Assembly (NCBI GenBank): GCA_023460795.1
Contig: JAEWPC010000026.1
Span: 2,989-66,988 of the forward strand
Origin: Bacillota bacterium
GTDB lineage: Bacteria; Bacillota; Bacilli; Paenibacillales; Paenibacillaceae
Length of the DNA stretch: 64,000 nucleotides
Direction of reading: 5' to 3'
Below are positions 36,556-48,065 of the stretch, in pieces. Each line of letters begins with the position of its first letter. Within the stretch, counting starts at the first letter, position 1. The position numbers and the translations under genes are program-made. Under the pieces are notes generated by a model. It was not told the DNA's origin, did not search any database, and saw only the letters and a program-made list of their open reading frames with translations.

Positions 36556-39500
36556 TTATTCTACACCGACTTCAGAGCCTTCTAGATTGAGGTTAAGCTT
36601 ATCTCCAGCGGCATCGTCTTCATCGTCGATTTCTTTCATTTCGATCTCTTGTTCGTCACCGGACAAGATCTTAACGTCCATGCCCAAGCTCTGAAGTTCT
36701 TTAATCAGAACCTTGAACGATTCCGGCACGCCTGGTTCCGGCACGTTCTCGCCTTTGACGATCGATTCGTACGTCTTCACGCGGCCGACCACGTCGTCCG
36801 ATTTGACCGTAAGAATCTCTTGCAGCGTATAGGCCGCGCCGTAGGCTTCAAGCGCCCAAACTTCCATCTCCCCGAAGCGCTGGCCGCCGAATTGGGCTTT
36901 ACCGCCCAACGGCTGCTGCGTAACGAGCGAGTATGGACCCGTGGAACGGGCATGGATCTTATCGTCGACCATGTGCGCCAGCTTGATCATATACATAACG
37001 CCGACGGTAACTTCGCGTTCGAACTCTTCGCCCGAGCGTCCGTCGCGCAGACGCCACTTACCGTTGCGCTGCATGCCGGCTTCTTCCATCGTGTCGAATA
37101 CGTCGTACTCGGTAGCGCCGTCGAATACCGGCGTCGCCGCATGGATGCCGAGCAACCGGCAAGCCATGCCGAGGTGAACCTCGAGTACCTGCCCGATGTT
37201 CATCCGGGAAGGAACGCCCAGCGGGTTCAGTACGACTTGAACAGGCGTACCGTCCGGCAGGAAAGGCATATCTTCTTCCGGCAGGATGCGGGCGATAACC
37301 CCTTTGTTACCATGACGGCCGGCCATCTTATCGCCTTCGGAAATCTTACGCTTCTGAGCGATATAAGCGCGCACCAATTGGTTAACGCCAGGAGGCAGCT
37401 CGTCGCCGTTCTCGCGGGTGAATACCTTCACGTCTACGACGATGCCGTCCGTACCGTGAGGAACGCGGAGCGAGGTGTCGCGAACTTCGCGCGCCTTCTC
37501 GCCGAAGATCGCGTGCAGGAGGCGTTCTTCCGCCGTCAGCTCGGTAACGCCTTTAGGCGTTACTTTGCCGACGAGGATATCCCCCGCGCTGATCTCCGCG
37601 CCGACGCGGATAATGCCGCGCTCGTCGAGGTTGCGAAGAGCGTCTTCGCCGACGTTCGGGATGTCGCGCGTGATCTCTTCCGGTCCAAGCTTCGTATCGC
37701 GAGCTTCGGACTCGTATTCTTCGATATGAATCGAAGTGTAGACGTCTTCGCGCACAAGCTTCTCGGACAGCAGGATCGCATCCTCGTAGTTGTAGCCTTC
37801 CCACGTCATGAACGCGACGACGACGTTGCGGCCGAGCGCCAACTCGCCCGTCTCAGTGGAAGGACCATCAGCCATGATGTCGCCCTTTTTGATGATCTCT
37901 CCGCGTTTAACGAGAGGACGTTGGTTGATGCACGTGCCTTGGTTGGAACGCATGAATTTCTGAAGCTTGTACTTGACAATATCGCCTTTGACTTCCTTGC
38001 CGTCGATGATCTCAACGCGGCGAAGCTGGATTTCATTGGCAGACACGCGTTCGATGATTCCGTCGTATTTGGACACAATACATACCCCGGAATCCTTCGC
38101 GGACTTGTACTCCATGCCGGTTCCGACGAACGGCGCTTCCGGCACGAGCAACGGCACGGCCTGACGCTGCATGTTGGAACCCATCAGGGCGCGGTTCGAG
38201 TCATCGTTCTCGAGGAACGGAATCATCGCCGTCGCGACGGATACGACCTGCTTCGGAGATACGTCCATGTAGTCTACGCGATCTGAAGACATCGTCTGGA
38301 TGTTGTCCGTCTGTCTGTTGATCCGCACGATAACCTGTTCGTCCGTGAACGTTCCGTCAGGGTTCAGCTTCGCGTTCGCCTGAGCGATGATATAGTTGTC
38401 TTCTTCGTCCGCGGTCATATAGACAATCTCGTCGGTTACCGCGTTCGTCTTCGGATCTACTTTGCGGTAAGGGGCTTCGATGAAGCCGTACTCGTTAATG
38501 CGCGCGAAAGTAGACAGCGAGTTGATCAGACCGATGTTCGGACCTTCCGGCGTCTCGATCGGGCACATCCGTCCATAGTGCGAATGGTGAACGTCGCGGA
38601 CTTCGAAGCCCGCGCGTTCGCGGGTCAAACCGCCTGGACCGAGCGCGGACAGACGGCGCTTATGCGTAAGCTCTGCAAGCGGGTTCGTCTGATCCATGAA
38701 CTGGGACAGCTGCGAGGAACCGAAGAACTCCTTGATCGCCGCGATGACCGGACGAATGTTGATCAGCGCCTGCGGCGTGATCGCGTTCTGATCCTGAATG
38801 GACATCCGTTCACGAACGACGCGTTCCATACGGGATAGACCGATACGAAACTGGTTCTGCAGCAACTCGCCGACGGAGCGCAGACGACGGTTGCCCAAGT
38901 GGTCGATGTCGTCCGTGCTGCCGATGCCGTGCAGCAGGTTCATGAAGTAGTTGATCGAAGAGATAATATCCGCCGGCGTAATGTTCTTCACCGATTTGTC
39001 GATGATGCCGTTGGAGATGACCTTCACGACCTTGCCGTCTTCGATCGGAGAGAACACGCTGACGCATTGCAGCGGGATATCTTCCGATTCCATAACGCCG
39101 CCGACCACGTGGTACGTTCTGAAGCCGACGTTGTTCTCCAGCATAGGGAGAATTTGATCCAGCAGACGGCGGTCGATCATCTGTCCGGCTTCGGCGATAA
39201 TTTCGCCGGTGGACGGATCCACCAGCGTCTCGGCGAGCCGTTGATTGAACAACCGGTTCTTGATGTGGAGCTTTTTGTTGATTTTATAGCGACCTACGTT
39301 AGCAAGGTCATAACGCTTCGGATCGAAGAAACGTGCGATCAGCAAACTACGCGCGTTCTCCAGCGTCGGCGGTTCGCCCGGACGAAGACGCTCATAGATC
39401 TCGATGAGCGCTTTCTCGGTGGAATCCGTGTTGTCCTTCTCCAACGTGTTGCGAATGTATTCGTCTTGACCGAGGAGGTCGAGAATTTCCGCGTCCGTGC

Positions 39501-40101
39501 CGAAGCCAAGGGAACGCAGAAGCACCGTCACCGGAATTTTCCGCGTGCGGTCGATACGAACGTAAATAATATCTTTAGCATCCGTCTCGAGCTCGAGCCA
39601 TGCGCCGCGGTTCGGGATTACGGTAGCCGTGTACGTCTTCTTGCCGTTCTTGTCTACCTTCGTGCTGTAGTAGACGCTCGGGGAGCGTACCAGCTGGCTG
39701 ACGATAACCCGTTCCGCGCCATTGATGATGAACGTGCCGGTTTCCGTCATAAGCGGGAAATCGCCCATGAACACTTCCTGTTCTTTGACCTCGCCGGTCT
39801 CCTTGTTTAGCAGCCGTACTTTAACGCGCAATGGAGCCGCATAAGTAACATCGCGTTCCTTCGCTTCATCGACGGAGTATTTCGGTTCGCCTAAGCTGTA
39901 ATCGATGAATTCCAGCACGAGATTGCCCGTGAAGTCCGAAATCGGCGAAATGTCCTGGAAAATCTCGCGCAGTCCTTCGTCCAAAAACTTCTGGTACGAT
40001 TGCTGCTGGATTTCGATCAGGTTCGGGACGTCCAACACTTCATTAATGCGGGCGTAGCTGCGCCGCGTGCGGCGGCCATACTGAACAAGATGTCCTGCCA
40101 A
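36556..40101 (-). CDS. rpoB: RNA polymerase beta subunit
   Basis: SQLSQFMDQ and [12 protein letters not shown] motifs; TTG start after GAGG. Confidence 0.99.
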   Translation of the reverse strand: MAGHLVQYGRRTRRSYARINEVLDVPNLIEIQQQSYQKFLDEGLREIFQDISPISDFTGNLVLEFIDYSLGEPKYSVDEAKERDVTYAAPLRVKVRLLNKETGEVKEQEVFMGDFPLMTETGTFIINGAERVIVSQLVRSPSVYYSTKVDKNGKKTYTATVIPNRGAWLELETDAKDIIYVRIDRTRKIPVTVLLRSLGFGTDAEILDLLGQDEYIRNTLEKDNTDSTEKALIEIYERLRPGEPPTLENARSLLIARFFDPKRYDLANVGRYKINKKLHIKNRLFNQRLAETLVDPSTGEIIAEAGQMIDRRLLDQILPMLENNVGFRTYHVVGGVMESEDIPLQCVSVFSPIEDGKVVKVISNGIIDKSVKNITPADIISSINYFMNLLHGIGSTDDIDHLGNRRLRSVGELLQNQFRIGLSRMERVVRERMSIQDQNAITPQALINIRPVIAAIKEFFGSSQLSQFMDQTNPLAELTHKRRLSALGPGGLTRERAGFEVRDVHHSHYGRMCPIETPEGPNIGLINSLSTFARINEYGFIEAPYRKVDPKTNAVTDEIVYMTADEEDNYIIAQANAKLNPDGTFTDEQVIVRINRQTDNIQTMSSDRVDYMDVSPKQVVSVATAMIPFLENDDSNRALMGSNMQRQAVPLLVPEAPFVGTGMEYKSAKDSGVCIVSKYDGIIERVSANEIQLRRVEIIDGKEVKGDIVKYKLQKFMRSNQGTCINQRPLVKRGEIIKKGDIMADGPSTETGELALGRNVVVAFMTWEGYNYEDAILLSEKLVREDVYTSIHIEEYESEARDTKLGPEEITRDIPNVGEDALRNLDERGIIRVGAEISAGDILVGKVTPKGVTELTAEERLLHAIFGEKAREVRDTSLRVPHGTDGIVVDVKVFTRENGDELPPGVNQLVRAYIAQKRKISEGDKMAGRHGNKGVIARILPEEDMPFLPDGTPVQVVLNPLGVPSRMNIGQVLEVHLGMACRLLGIHAATPVFDGATEYDVFDTMEEAGMQRNGKWRLRDGRSGEEFEREVTVGVMYMIKLAHMVDDKIHARSTGPYSLVTQQPLGGKAQFGGQRFGEMEVWALEAYGAAYTLQEILTVKSDDVVGRVKTYESIVKGENVPEPGVPESFKVLIKELQSLGMDVKILSGDEQEIEMKEIDDEDDAAGDKLNLNLEGSEVGVE

Positions 40102-40312
40102 CTTAACCTCACCCCTTAAGTCTGCTTCAACACAAAAATAAAGAAAAGCCCTTATGCGCCGGTTGGCGGCACAATGGCAACCCATCCTGTCCTTACCCCA
40201 AAACAAACCCATTATACGCCAATCGACTGGAATTTATTCCTGGGAAAGGATCGGAGTTTCGAGTACGCTATTTCGGAAGACAATTAGCCCATCCTAATAC
40301 TGACATTTTTTA

Positions 40313-40341
40313 ATAATACCACAGCGGAAATGTCAAGTCAA
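40313..40341 (-). promoter_or_regulatory. Sigma-A promoter of rpoBC
   Basis: TTGACT-N17-TATTAT with TGn extension. Confidence 0.65.
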
Positions 40342-40346
40342 ATGTT

Positions 40347-40952
40347 TTATCCCTTGGTACTTCTATACACTCGGAAGCCTTTGTCTTTGCCGATTTCGAC
40401 GACGTTGTCCTCGCCGAATACTTCTTCGAGCTTCGCCCGTGCGCTAGGTGCGCCCTGCTTGTTCTGGATGACGATCCATAGAGATCCGCCCGTATTCAGG
40501 TAGCCGGCAGCATCCGACAATAATTGGTGGACGACTGCTTTCCCCGCGCGAATCGGAGGATTCGATAGAATGACGTCGAAGGTTCGACCCTCAACCGCGG
40601 CGAACAAATCGCTAGGGTGGAACGACACGTTGGTAATCCCGTTCTCCTTCGCGTTGAGCTCGGCCAGTTCGACCGCTCTCTCGTTGATATCGATCATCGT
40701 CACATGTCCTCGCGGCGCAAGGCGTGCCGCGGTCAGCCCCATCGGCCCGTACCCGCAACCGACATCGAGCACTTGATCGTCCGGCTTGATCTCCATCAAG
40801 TCGATCAGCACTCGGCTTCCGTAGTCCACCCCGTCCCGCGAAAACACGCCCGCATCCGATGTCAGCCGCAAAGGAAAGCCACGAAGCGTAGCCGCGAACG
40901 ACTGCCGATTACTTGCGGACTTCGGCTTGCTCGAATAGTAATGATCGTTCAT
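40347..40952 (-). CDS. ybxB: Class I SAM-dependent methyltransferase (YbxB/RsmC-like)
   Basis: GVFS, LDVGCGYG and SNPPIRAGK motifs; between rplL and rpoB. Confidence 0.88.
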   Translation of the reverse strand: MNDHYYSSKPKSASNRQSFAATLRGFPLRLTSDAGVFSRDGVDYGSRVLIDLMEIKPDDQVLDVGCGYGPMGLTAARLAPRGHVTMIDINERAVELAELNAKENGITNVSFHPSDLFAAVEGRTFDVILSNPPIRAGKAVVHQLLSDAAGYLNTGGSLWIVIQNKQGAPSARAKLEEVFGEDNVVEIGKDKGFRVYRSTKG

Positions 40953-41042
40953 ATCGATTCTCACCCTTAGTCATCATACGCCAATATAGACATGAACAAA
41001 CCCCTCGAAGAAAATCTCCAAGGGGTTCGCCCGAGTTGCGAA

Positions 41043-41408
41043 TTACTTAACTTCGACTTTAGCGCCAGCTTCTTCGAGCTTAGCTTTGAGCGCGTCAGCG
41101 TCAGCTTTGGAAACTTTTTCTTTAACAGCTTTAGGAGCGTTGTCAACAACGTCTTTAGCTTCTTTAAGGCCAAGGCCCGTGATTTCGCGAACGACTTTGA
41201 TAACGTTGATTTTGGAAGCGCCTGCGTCCGTAAGAACAACGTCGAATTCGGATTGCTCTTCAACTTCAGCAGCAGCGCCGCCGCCAGCGACTACTGCAAC
41301 TGGAGCTGCAGCCGTTACGCCGAATTCTTCTTCGATTGCTTTAACGAGATCGTTCAGTTCAAGAACGGTCATAGCCTTGATGGCTTCCAAGATTTGCTCT
41401 TTACTCAT
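41043..41408 (-). CDS. rplL: 50S ribosomal protein L7/L12
   Basis: [12 protein letters not shown] and GLGLKEAK motifs. Confidence 0.98.
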   Translation of the reverse strand: MSKEQILEAIKAMTVLELNDLVKAIEEEFGVTAAAPVAVVAGGGAAAEVEEQSEFDVVLTDAGASKINVIKVVREITGLGLKEAKDVVDNAPKAVKEKVSKADADALKAKLEEAGAKVEVK

Positions 41409-41467
41409 GGGATTACCCTCCGTTTATTTGAGATCAAATGATCTTCTTATTTGGTTTCGTACGAATG

Positions 41468-41968
41468 TTACGCGCTTGCTTCGTTCTTCTCTGCGACCGC
41501 TTTGACAGCGAGCGCAACGTTGCGCATTGGTGCTTGCAGGACGCTAAGCAACATGGAGAGCAAACCTTCGCGGGAAGGCAGTTCCGCCAGCGCTTTGATC
41601 TGTGCAGCATCTACATAACGACCTTCGACAACGCCGCCTTTAACCTTCAACGCATCGTTCTTCTTCGCGAAATCGTTGATGATTTTCGCGGGAGCGACTG
41701 CGTCCTTGGAGAAAGCGACAGCCGTAGGGCCGGTCAGGATGGCATCCAGTTCGTTAAGCTCGACGTTCGCCGCAGCGCGGCTTACGAGGGAGTTCTTAAG
41801 AACTTGGAAATCAACGCCTGCTTCACGAAGCTGTTTGCGGAGCAAAGTGACTTGCGCCACGTTCAGACCGCGATAGTCGGCAACGACCGTCGTCGTGCTT
41901 TCGCGCAATTTCGCCGCGATCACATCAACTTCTTGTTGCTTCCCTGCGATAATTTTTGCGTTTGCCAT
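41468..41968 (-). CDS. rplJ: 50S ribosomal protein L10
   Basis: DYRGLNVAQ and [11 protein letters not shown] motifs. Confidence 0.98.
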   Translation of the reverse strand: MANAKIIAGKQQEVDVIAAKLRESTTTVVADYRGLNVAQVTLLRKQLREAGVDFQVLKNSLVSRAAANVELNELDAILTGPTAVAFSKDAVAPAKIINDFAKKNDALKVKGGVVEGRYVDAAQIKALAELPSREGLLSMLLSVLQAPMRNVALAVKAVAEKNEASA

Positions 41969-42031
41969 TGTGTACACCTCCTAAAGTCTCGATATACCGC
42001 AATATAACACCAATCCCCGACTGCGGCGGCA

Positions 42032-42244
42032 TCAAAAATGCCCCCGCAGACTTAGCGGAGGCATGATCGTTTTCGCTAGGCAACAAGACGCAAGCATCCC
42101 GTGCAACGGAAAATTATATCCACACACCTCGGTAGGAAATTAAGCGCACATGATCGCGAGGATGACATGCAGCACCTACGGTCTACGGTATCCATATTCG
42201 ATTTCAACTCCATCAGCTTACCACGAGGGATAATCCGATGTCAA
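42032..42244 (-). promoter_or_regulatory. rplJ promoter and L10 leader with attenuator hairpin
   Basis: TTGACA-N18-TAAGCT; AGACCGTAGGTG...TTAATTTCCTACCGAGG core; GCCTCCGC...GCGGGGGC-ATTTTT terminator. Confidence 0.8.
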
Positions 42245-42283
42245 AGTTAGTTTTTACCGTCAAATCGGTTAAACCCGATTCGA

Positions 42284-42976
42284 TTAGCGATATGCAGCTA
42301 CGTCTACGCGTGCGCCTGGGCCCATCGTCGAGGAGATCGAGATGTTTTTCAGGTATACGCCTTTCGAAGAAGCAGGTTTCGCGCGGTTCAACGCGTCGAC
42401 CAGCGCTTTAAGGTTCTCGTCGAGCTTATCAGCGTCGAAGGAAACTTTGCCGATCGGAGCGTGGATTTGTCCAGCTTTGTCTAGACGGTATTCGATTTTA
42501 CCGGCTTTAATCTCGGCGATAGCTTTGGCAACGTCGTTCGTTACCGTGCCTGCTTTAGGGTTAGGCATCAAACCTTTACCCCCGAGAATACGGCCGAGTT
42601 TACCGACTTCACCCATCATATCCGGCGTTGCTACGCAAACGTCGAACTCGAACCAACCTTGTTGGATCTTCTGGATGAGATCAGCATCCCCTACGTAATC
42701 CGCGCCGGCAGCTTCAGCTTCTTTCAGCTTATCGCCTTTCGCGAATACGAGGACGCGTTGCGTTTTACCCGTGCCGTGAGGCAGGACGACAACGCCGCGC
42801 ACGTTCTGGTCTTGCTTTCTCGGATCGACGCCGAGACGGACGGCTGCTTCGACGGTTTCGTCGAACTTAGCCGTTGCGGCTTTCTTAACAAGCTCGATCG
42901 CTTCCGCGGACGTATAAGTAGCGTCGCGGTCGATCAGCTTAGCGGATTCATTGTACTTCTTGCCGTGTTTAGCCAT
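42284..42976 (-). CDS. rplA: 50S ribosomal protein L1
   Basis: [18 protein letters not shown] and STMGPG motifs. Confidence 0.98.
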   Translation of the reverse strand: MAKHGKKYNESAKLIDRDATYTSAEAIELVKKAATAKFDETVEAAVRLGVDPRKQDQNVRGVVVLPHGTGKTQRVLVFAKGDKLKEAEAAGADYVGDADLIQKIQQGWFEFDVCVATPDMMGEVGKLGRILGGKGLMPNPKAGTVTNDVAKAIAEIKAGKIEYRLDKAGQIHAPIGKVSFDADKLDENLKALVDALNRAKPASSKGVYLKNISISSTMGPGARVDVAAYR

Positions 42977-43094
42977 GTGTGCTCCTCCTTGTGTGGTTTT
43001 AACGGAAGTCTCCTCCCACAGTCCTCGCGAACGAATCCGCAACGACCGACGGACCGCAGTCCGTCTATTCGATTAGGACAACCCTAATCGGCGA

Positions 43095-43520
43095 TTAGTC
43101 TTCGATCGTAACGCCCATCGAACGAGCGGTACCTTCGACCATACGCATAGCCGCTTCAACGGAAGCAGCGTTAAGATCTTCCATCTTTTGCGTTGCGATT
43201 TCGCGTACTTTGTCGCGCTTAACCGTAGCGACTTTCTTCTTGTTCGGCTCGCCGGATCCTTTAGGGATACCTGCAGCGACACGCAGCAATACAGCAGCTG
43301 GCGGAGTCTTAGTCACGAAGTCGAAGGAACGGTCCTCATATACCGAGATAACAACCGGAATAATCAATCCAGCTTGATCCGCGGTACGTGCATTGAATTC
43401 CTTACAGAAAGCCATGATGTTTACGCCAGCTTGACCGAGTGCAGGACCGATCGGCGGCGCAGGGTTTGCTTTACCCGCTGGTACTTGCAGCTTTACCAAT
43501 TTGATGACCTTTTTTGCCAT
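43095..43520 (-). CDS. rplK: 50S ribosomal protein L11
   Basis: [13 protein letters not shown] and GTARSMG motifs. Confidence 0.98.
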   Translation of the reverse strand: MAKKVIKLVKLQVPAGKANPAPPIGPALGQAGVNIMAFCKEFNARTADQAGLIIPVVISVYEDRSFDFVTKTPPAAVLLRVAAGIPKGSGEPNKKKVATVKRDKVREIATQKMEDLNAASVEAAMRMVEGTARSMGVTIED

Positions 43521-43611
43521 GATGCACACCTCCTTGCCCAGTAATGCGGTTTAACGAGACCTAATCAAAGATCCAATCTCTCCCGCTCTTTCAAGAAACC
43601 CCAACCATGAT

Positions 43612-44145
43612 TTATATCTTTTCCACCTGAGTGAAGTCCAACTCAAGCGGGGTTTCCCTGCCGAACATGTTAACGTGAACCTTCAGCTTGCTTTTATCGG
43701 GAAGAATCTCTTCGACCGACCCGACGAAATCAGCGAAAGGCCCGACCTTAACGCGGACGTTCTCCTTAAGCTCGAAGTCGATAACCGGCTTCGGCTCCTC
43801 CATGCCCATGTGTTGCAGAATCTGCTCCACTTCTTCGGGCAACAGAGCAGTCGGCTTCGATCCCGATCCCGTTGAGCCAACAAACCCGGTAACACCCGGC
43901 GTGTTGCGCACGACGTACCAAGAATCGTCCGTCTGAATCATTTCCACAAGAACATAGCCGGGATACACCTTGCGCATCACGGTTTTCTTCTTGCCGTCCT
44001 TATTCACGATCTCTTCTTCCATCGGCACGAGGACGCGGAAGATCTTGTCCTGCATGCCCATAGATTCCACGCGCTTCTCCAGGTTCGCCTTAACCTTGTT
44101 CTCGTAACCGGAGTACGTGTGCACTACATACCATCTTTTCTCCAT
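43612..44145 (-). CDS. nusG: Transcription factor NusG
   Basis: WYVVHTYSGYENKV and MFGRETP motifs. Confidence 0.98.
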   Translation of the reverse strand: MEKRWYVVHTYSGYENKVKANLEKRVESMGMQDKIFRVLVPMEEEIVNKDGKKKTVMRKVYPGYVLVEMIQTDDSWYVVRNTPGVTGFVGSTGSGSKPTALLPEEVEQILQHMGMEEPKPVIDFELKENVRVKVGPFADFVGSVEEILPDKSKLKVHVNMFGRETPLELDFTQVEKI

Positions 44146-44171
44146 GGAAAAGCCACCTTTAGGTTCCTGCG

Positions 44172-44375
44172 TCAAACGACTAGTTCAACGAGGGATGAGA
44201 TGCCGATGTCCAGTCCCCAGAAGTATACCGTTATCAGCAGCACGGTCACGATAACGACGATCGTGTAGCTGACAAGCTCTTTCCGGCTGGGCCAACGGAC
44301 TTTCTTAAGCTCGCCCCAACTGTCGCCGAAAAACGAAAAAAAGGACCCAAAGCTCTGTTTCATTTTGGCCAGCAC
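44172..44375 (-). CDS. secE: Preprotein translocase SecE
   Basis: ELKKVRWPSRKE followed by one TM segment. Confidence 0.95.
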   Translation of the reverse strand: MLAKMKQSFGSFFSFFGDSWGELKKVRWPSRKELVSYTIVVIVTVLLITVYFWGLDIGISSLVELVV

Positions 44376-44393
44376 GTCATTACCTCCTAGGAC

Positions 44394-44543
44394 TTAGCGC
44401 GTCTCGCGATGAGGAGTATGTTCGTTGCAGTGTCTGCAGAACTTCTTCAACTCGATGCGATCGGAGTGCGTCCGTTTGTTCTTGCTCGACGTATAGTTAC
44501 GTTGCTTGCAGTTCGTGCAAGCCAGAGTGATGATCACCCGCAT
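44394..44543 (-). CDS. rpmG: 50S ribosomal protein L33 (zinc type)
   Basis: [17 protein letters not shown]...[17 protein letters not shown]. Confidence 0.96.
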   Translation of the reverse strand: MRVIITLACTNCKQRNYTSSKNKRTHSDRIELKKFCRHCNEHTPHRETR

Positions 44544-44726
44544 CCCTTCCACCTCCCGGGATAACAACTTCATAAAAAACAACCATCAGCGGAAACCCCA
44601 GCTTGGCGAACCAAGGCTGTAGTCGGATTTGCTCTCGCGACGACGTTCCGTCACGACAACATTTCCTGGTGTTTCGCCGATGATTCAGACCTGCGCATAA
44701 GAAGCCACCTTTAAGGTTACTAAAAC

Positions 44727-44755
44727 AATTTATCACAGGGCTAAATCGATGTCAA
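44727..44755 (-). promoter_or_regulatory. Sigma-A promoter of rpmG-secE-nusG
   Basis: TTGACA-N17-TAAATT with TGn extension. Confidence 0.6.
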
Positions 44756-45005
44756 CGAAAACCGTCGGGAGAAACGCTGGCAATAATTTAATAGAAGTCG
44801 CCCTTCTATGCCCGCCGCGTAAGGATCTCGAGAGGAATTGACGATCGGCCTCAGAGCCTAGCACCATTCTTCCAACTTTTCGCCGCCTTTAATCGTCTAT
44901 GATTGTAAGATTCGTAGCTGACTATGGCATACGCGAATTCGGGCAAATAAAAAAGCAGCTCCCGGTGCGCTGCTCGGTCATTCGATAGGTATAAGGGCAG
45001 GAATC

Positions 45006-45656
45006 TCAGCTTCCGACATCGCGGACTTCTAGATACCGCTCCAGCTTTCGCTTGACCCGCTGGAGAGCGTTGTCGATGGATTTGACGTGACGGTCGAGAT
45101 CGACGGCGATTTCTTGATAGGATCTCCCGTCGAGGTAAAGCATAAGTACTTTGCGTTCCAAATCGCTAAGAATTTCCGACATCTTGTCTTCGAGGCCGAA
45201 AAACTCCTCCTGGTTGATAATCATCTCTTCCGGATCGCATACCCTTGAGCCGCATATAACGTCCAGCAGCGTCCGGTCCGAATCTTCGTCGTATATCGGC
45301 TTGTCCAAAGAAACGTAGGAATTAAGAGGTATATGCTTCTGCCGCGTCGCGGTCTTAATAGCCGTAATGATCTGACGGGTGATGCAGAGTTCCGCGAACG
45401 CTTTGAAGGAGGCCAATTTGTCGCCCTTAAAGTCGCGAATGGCTTTGTAAAGCCCGATCATGCCTTCTTGTACGATGTCTTCCCGCTCCGCTCCGATCAA
45501 GAAATAAGATCGCGCCTTCGCTCTAACGAAGTTGCGGTACTTATTGATCAGGAACTCCAACGCTTCGCTGTCGCCTAGACGGACGTCTTCTACGATGTCC
45601 TCGTCGGTCTTGAAGTCGTATTCACGTGTTGCCAGCCTCTCCAAGTCGACGCTCAC
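45006..45656 (-). CDS. sigH: RNA polymerase sigma-H
   Basis: KARSYFLIGA, ATRQKHIPLNSYVS and KSIDNALQRVKRKL motifs. Confidence 0.97.
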   Translation of the reverse strand: MSVDLERLATREYDFKTDEDIVEDVRLGDSEALEFLINKYRNFVRAKARSYFLIGAEREDIVQEGMIGLYKAIRDFKGDKLASFKAFAELCITRQIITAIKTATRQKHIPLNSYVSLDKPIYDEDSDRTLLDVICGSRVCDPEEMIINQEEFFGLEDKMSEILSDLERKVLMLYLDGRSYQEIAVDLDRHVKSIDNALQRVKRKLERYLEVRDVGS

Positions 45657-45788
45657 GAATATCCCTCCGGTCTGCTCAGCGTGCTGGGAACTTGCAAATC
45701 TAACAAACTATTAACAATATACTTGATAAACCCTATAGCGTCAATGGATTTGAACCTATCAGTGAAAGCAATGCCAGTGGAAGAATTG

Positions 45789-46343
45789 TTAATTATCTCC
45801 ACCTTTTGACCCATTCGCGTCGAGGCCTCGCCTCATATTCTCCAGTTTTCGCCATATATCGTCGTTTAGCGCGCTGCCAAGCTCGTTGCGCTTAGGCTTA
45901 GGGTCACGTTTTATTGTCGTCTGGATCTCGTTGCTGCTCTGCTCTACGGCGATCTTAAGCTCGCGGGCCGTAACCCTCAGCGCCCCCTTCCCGAAGGCGA
46001 CGTGCTGCTCGGTCAGATCGGAGGTCGCCACGTAGACGTTGCGCCGCGCGGAAGTCCAGTCCCCCACGAGGCGCTCGATGCATTCGTCCGCCGTCTCCCG
46101 CTCCCGCGTGAACAAGACCCGTACTTTGCGATGCAAAAAATCCGATCCTACGCCGCCGGCCACGTAGTAAGCATCGAATACGACGATGACCTTGACGCCG
46201 GAATAGCTCTGGTAATCCGCGAGCTGCTCCAGCAGACGATCGCGGGCATTCTCCAGTTTCTCGTTCTTGAGCGCGGCGAGCTCCGGCCAGGCTCCGATGA
46301 TGTTGTAGCCGTCGACCAGCAGGACGTCTTCACGCTTCAGCAT
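45789..46343 (-). CDS. rae1: NYN-domain ribosome-associated endoribonuclease Rae1/YacP
   Basis: LVDGYNIIG, VVFDA, ETADECIE and VATSD motifs; synteny. Confidence 0.9.
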   Translation of the reverse strand: MLKREDVLLVDGYNIIGAWPELAALKNEKLENARDRLLEQLADYQSYSGVKVIVVFDAYYVAGGVGSDFLHRKVRVLFTRERETADECIERLVGDWTSARRNVYVATSDLTEQHVAFGKGALRVTARELKIAVEQSSNEIQTTIKRDPKPKRNELGSALNDDIWRKLENMRRGLDANGSKGGDN

Positions 46344-47271
46344 GGCGCTGGCGGACGACCTCGTATAGGATAACGCCTGCCGCTACGGACGCGTTGAGCG
46401 AGTTCACGTGGCCGAACATCGGAAGCGATAGAATGAAATCGCACTTCTCCCTGACGAGTCTGGACAACCCCTTGCCTTCGCTGCCGATCACGACCGCGAG
46501 CGGGCCCGTCAGCTTCGTCCGGTGGAAGCTTTGCGGGGCGCCGGCGTCGGCGCCGGCGATCCATAATCCGGCTTCCTTCAGCTTCTCCATCGTCTGAACG
46601 AGATTCGCCACTCGCGCGACCGGCACGTACTCGACCGCTCCCGCTGAAGTTTTCGCTACGACGGCGGTCAAGCCGGCGCTTCTGCGCTTAGGCACGATCA
46701 CGCCGTGGACGCCGGTACAATCGGCCGTACGCAAGATGGAGCCGAGATTGTGCGGGTCTTCGATCTCGTCGAGCAGCACGATGAACGGCGCTTCGCCGCG
46801 CTCGGCCGCGCGGGCCAGCAAATCCTCGAGTTCCGCGTAAGCGATCGCGGCCGCTTGGGCGACGACGCCCTGATGCTGCATCTCCGGCGCGAGCTGATCG
46901 AGCTTGCGTTTGTCGACGAGCTGCACGACGATGCCGCGAGCTTTGGCTTCCTCCATGATGGGCTGAACGAGATGGCGCTGCGCGTCTTTATACAAGAAAA
47001 TCTTATTGAGCGCGCGGCCCGCCTTCATCGCCTCCAGCACCGGGTGCTTGCCGGCGATGAGTTCTTCTTCGTTGCCGCCATGTTGCGCTGCAGCAACGTC
47101 CAAATCGTCATCCTCCGCAGGCCGAGAGGCAGTCGCCGCCGAAGGCGCATGCGCGTTATTCCGGCGATCCCCGCCGTTCGAGCGATTCCATCCCCCGCTT
47201 TGGCGCTTGTCCGGTCCTTTGGAGGATGCCCGTCCGGCGCCGAACTTGCTGCCTTCCTTACGATTGTTCAT
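46330..47271 (-). CDS. rlmB: 23S rRNA Gm2251 methyltransferase with N-terminal low-complexity extension
   Basis: HQGVVA, DPHNLGSILRTA, GSEGKG and SLNASVA motifs; AAGGA RBS before the upstream ATG. Confidence 0.93.
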   Translation of the reverse strand: MNNRKEGSKFGAGRASSKGPDKRQSGGWNRSNGGDRRNNAHAPSAATASRPAEDDDLDVAAAQHGGNEEELIAGKHPVLEAMKAGRALNKIFLYKDAQRHLVQPIMEEAKARGIVVQLVDKRKLDQLAPEMQHQGVVAQAAAIAYAELEDLLARAAERGEAPFIVLLDEIEDPHNLGSILRTADCTGVHGVIVPKRRSAGLTAVVAKTSAGAVEYVPVARVANLVQTMEKLKEAGLWIAGADAGAPQSFHRTKLTGPLAVVIGSEGKGLSRLVREKCDFILSLPMFGHVNSLNASVAAGVILYEVVRQRHAEA

Positions 47272-47331
47272 CTCTATCGTCCTTTCTTAACAGCCTTGGC
47301 TTCCCATGATAAGCCGTTACTTTCGGCAAAG

Positions 47332-47612
47332 TTAGCCGGTTTAGACGACTAACTCCGAGCATATCGTCCACTTACGCGAGAATTAGCCGGTTTAGGTGAC
47401 TAACTCCGAGCATACCGCCCACTTATGCGAGAATTAGCCGGTTTAGGCGACTAACTCCGAGCACATCGCCCACTTATGCGAGAATTAGCCGGTTTAGACG
47501 ACTAACTCCGAGCATATCGTACACTTACGCGAGAATTAGCCGGTTTAATCGACTAACTTCGAGCATATCGTCCACTTACGCGAGAATTAGCCGGTTTAAT
47601 CGACTAACTCCG
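47332..47612. repeat. 51-bp palindromic tandem repeat, 5.5 copies
   Basis: Units begin at 47332, 47383, 47434, 47485, 47536 and 47587; consensus TTAGCCGGTTTAGACGACTAACTCCGAGCATATCGTCCACTTACGCGAGAA. Confidence 0.97.
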
Positions 47613-47618
47613 TATGAC

Positions 47619-48065
47619 TCACAAGCCGCCATCCGTTTCCTCGAACGCGAGTCCGATCAGCTGCTCGAGCCGCTCTTTCTCGCCGCGATAATACAAGTAG
47701 CCGATCAAACATTCGAGCGCGGTCGCCTGCCGGTAATCCGCGGAATCGGCGTTCCTCGGCGGCTGGCCGGACTTCGTGTTGCGTCCGCGCCGAACGATGT
47801 CCGCTTCTTCTTCCGTCAGATGCGAATGCCAACGTTGAAGCAGCTTGGCTTGCGCGGCCGCGGACACGTAACGGGTCGCGGCGCGGTGCAGCTCATGCGG
47901 CTTGCGCGAGCGTCCCGCCACGAGGCGTTGACGAATATATACTTCGAACACCGCATCGCCGACATAGGCGAGCACGACGGGATTGAGCAAATTCACCGGC
48001 GTATCCGGCGGCACCACGGGCGCTATAACGGCAGGCAGATCGTCTTGGTTCATCGGCTTCGTCAT
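47619..48065 (-). CDS. mrnC: Mini-ribonuclease III
   Basis: LAYVGDAVFE, RRGRN and YRQATALECLIGYLY motifs; ATGA overlap with cysS. Confidence 0.93.
   Translation of the reverse strand: MTKPMNQDDLPAVIAPVVPPDTPVNLLNPVVLAYVGDAVFEVYIRQRLVAGRSRKPHELHRAATRYVSAAAQAKLLQRWHSHLTEEEADIVRRGRNTKSGQPPRNADSADYRQATALECLIGYLYYRGEKERLEQLIGLAFEETDGGL

Noticed and set aside
38560..38740. Rifamycin-resistance alleles in RpoB cluster I
   Set aside because: [25 protein letters not shown] is the usual sensitive-type sequence
44544..45005. tRNA genes or a small ORF in the sigH-rpmG gap
   Set aside because: No cloverleaf or T-loop motif seen; the gap is partly explained by the sigH terminator, a promoter and the rpmG leader
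47332..47612. CRISPR array (26-bp palindromic repeat plus 25-bp spacer)
   Set aside because: The would-be spacers are nearly identical, and no cas genes or AT-rich leader are present; it is a tandem repeat
47332..47612. Coding repeat (51 bp = 17 codons)
   Set aside because: Stop codons interrupt the reading frames; the one plus-strand frame open in unit 1 hits TGA in unit 2
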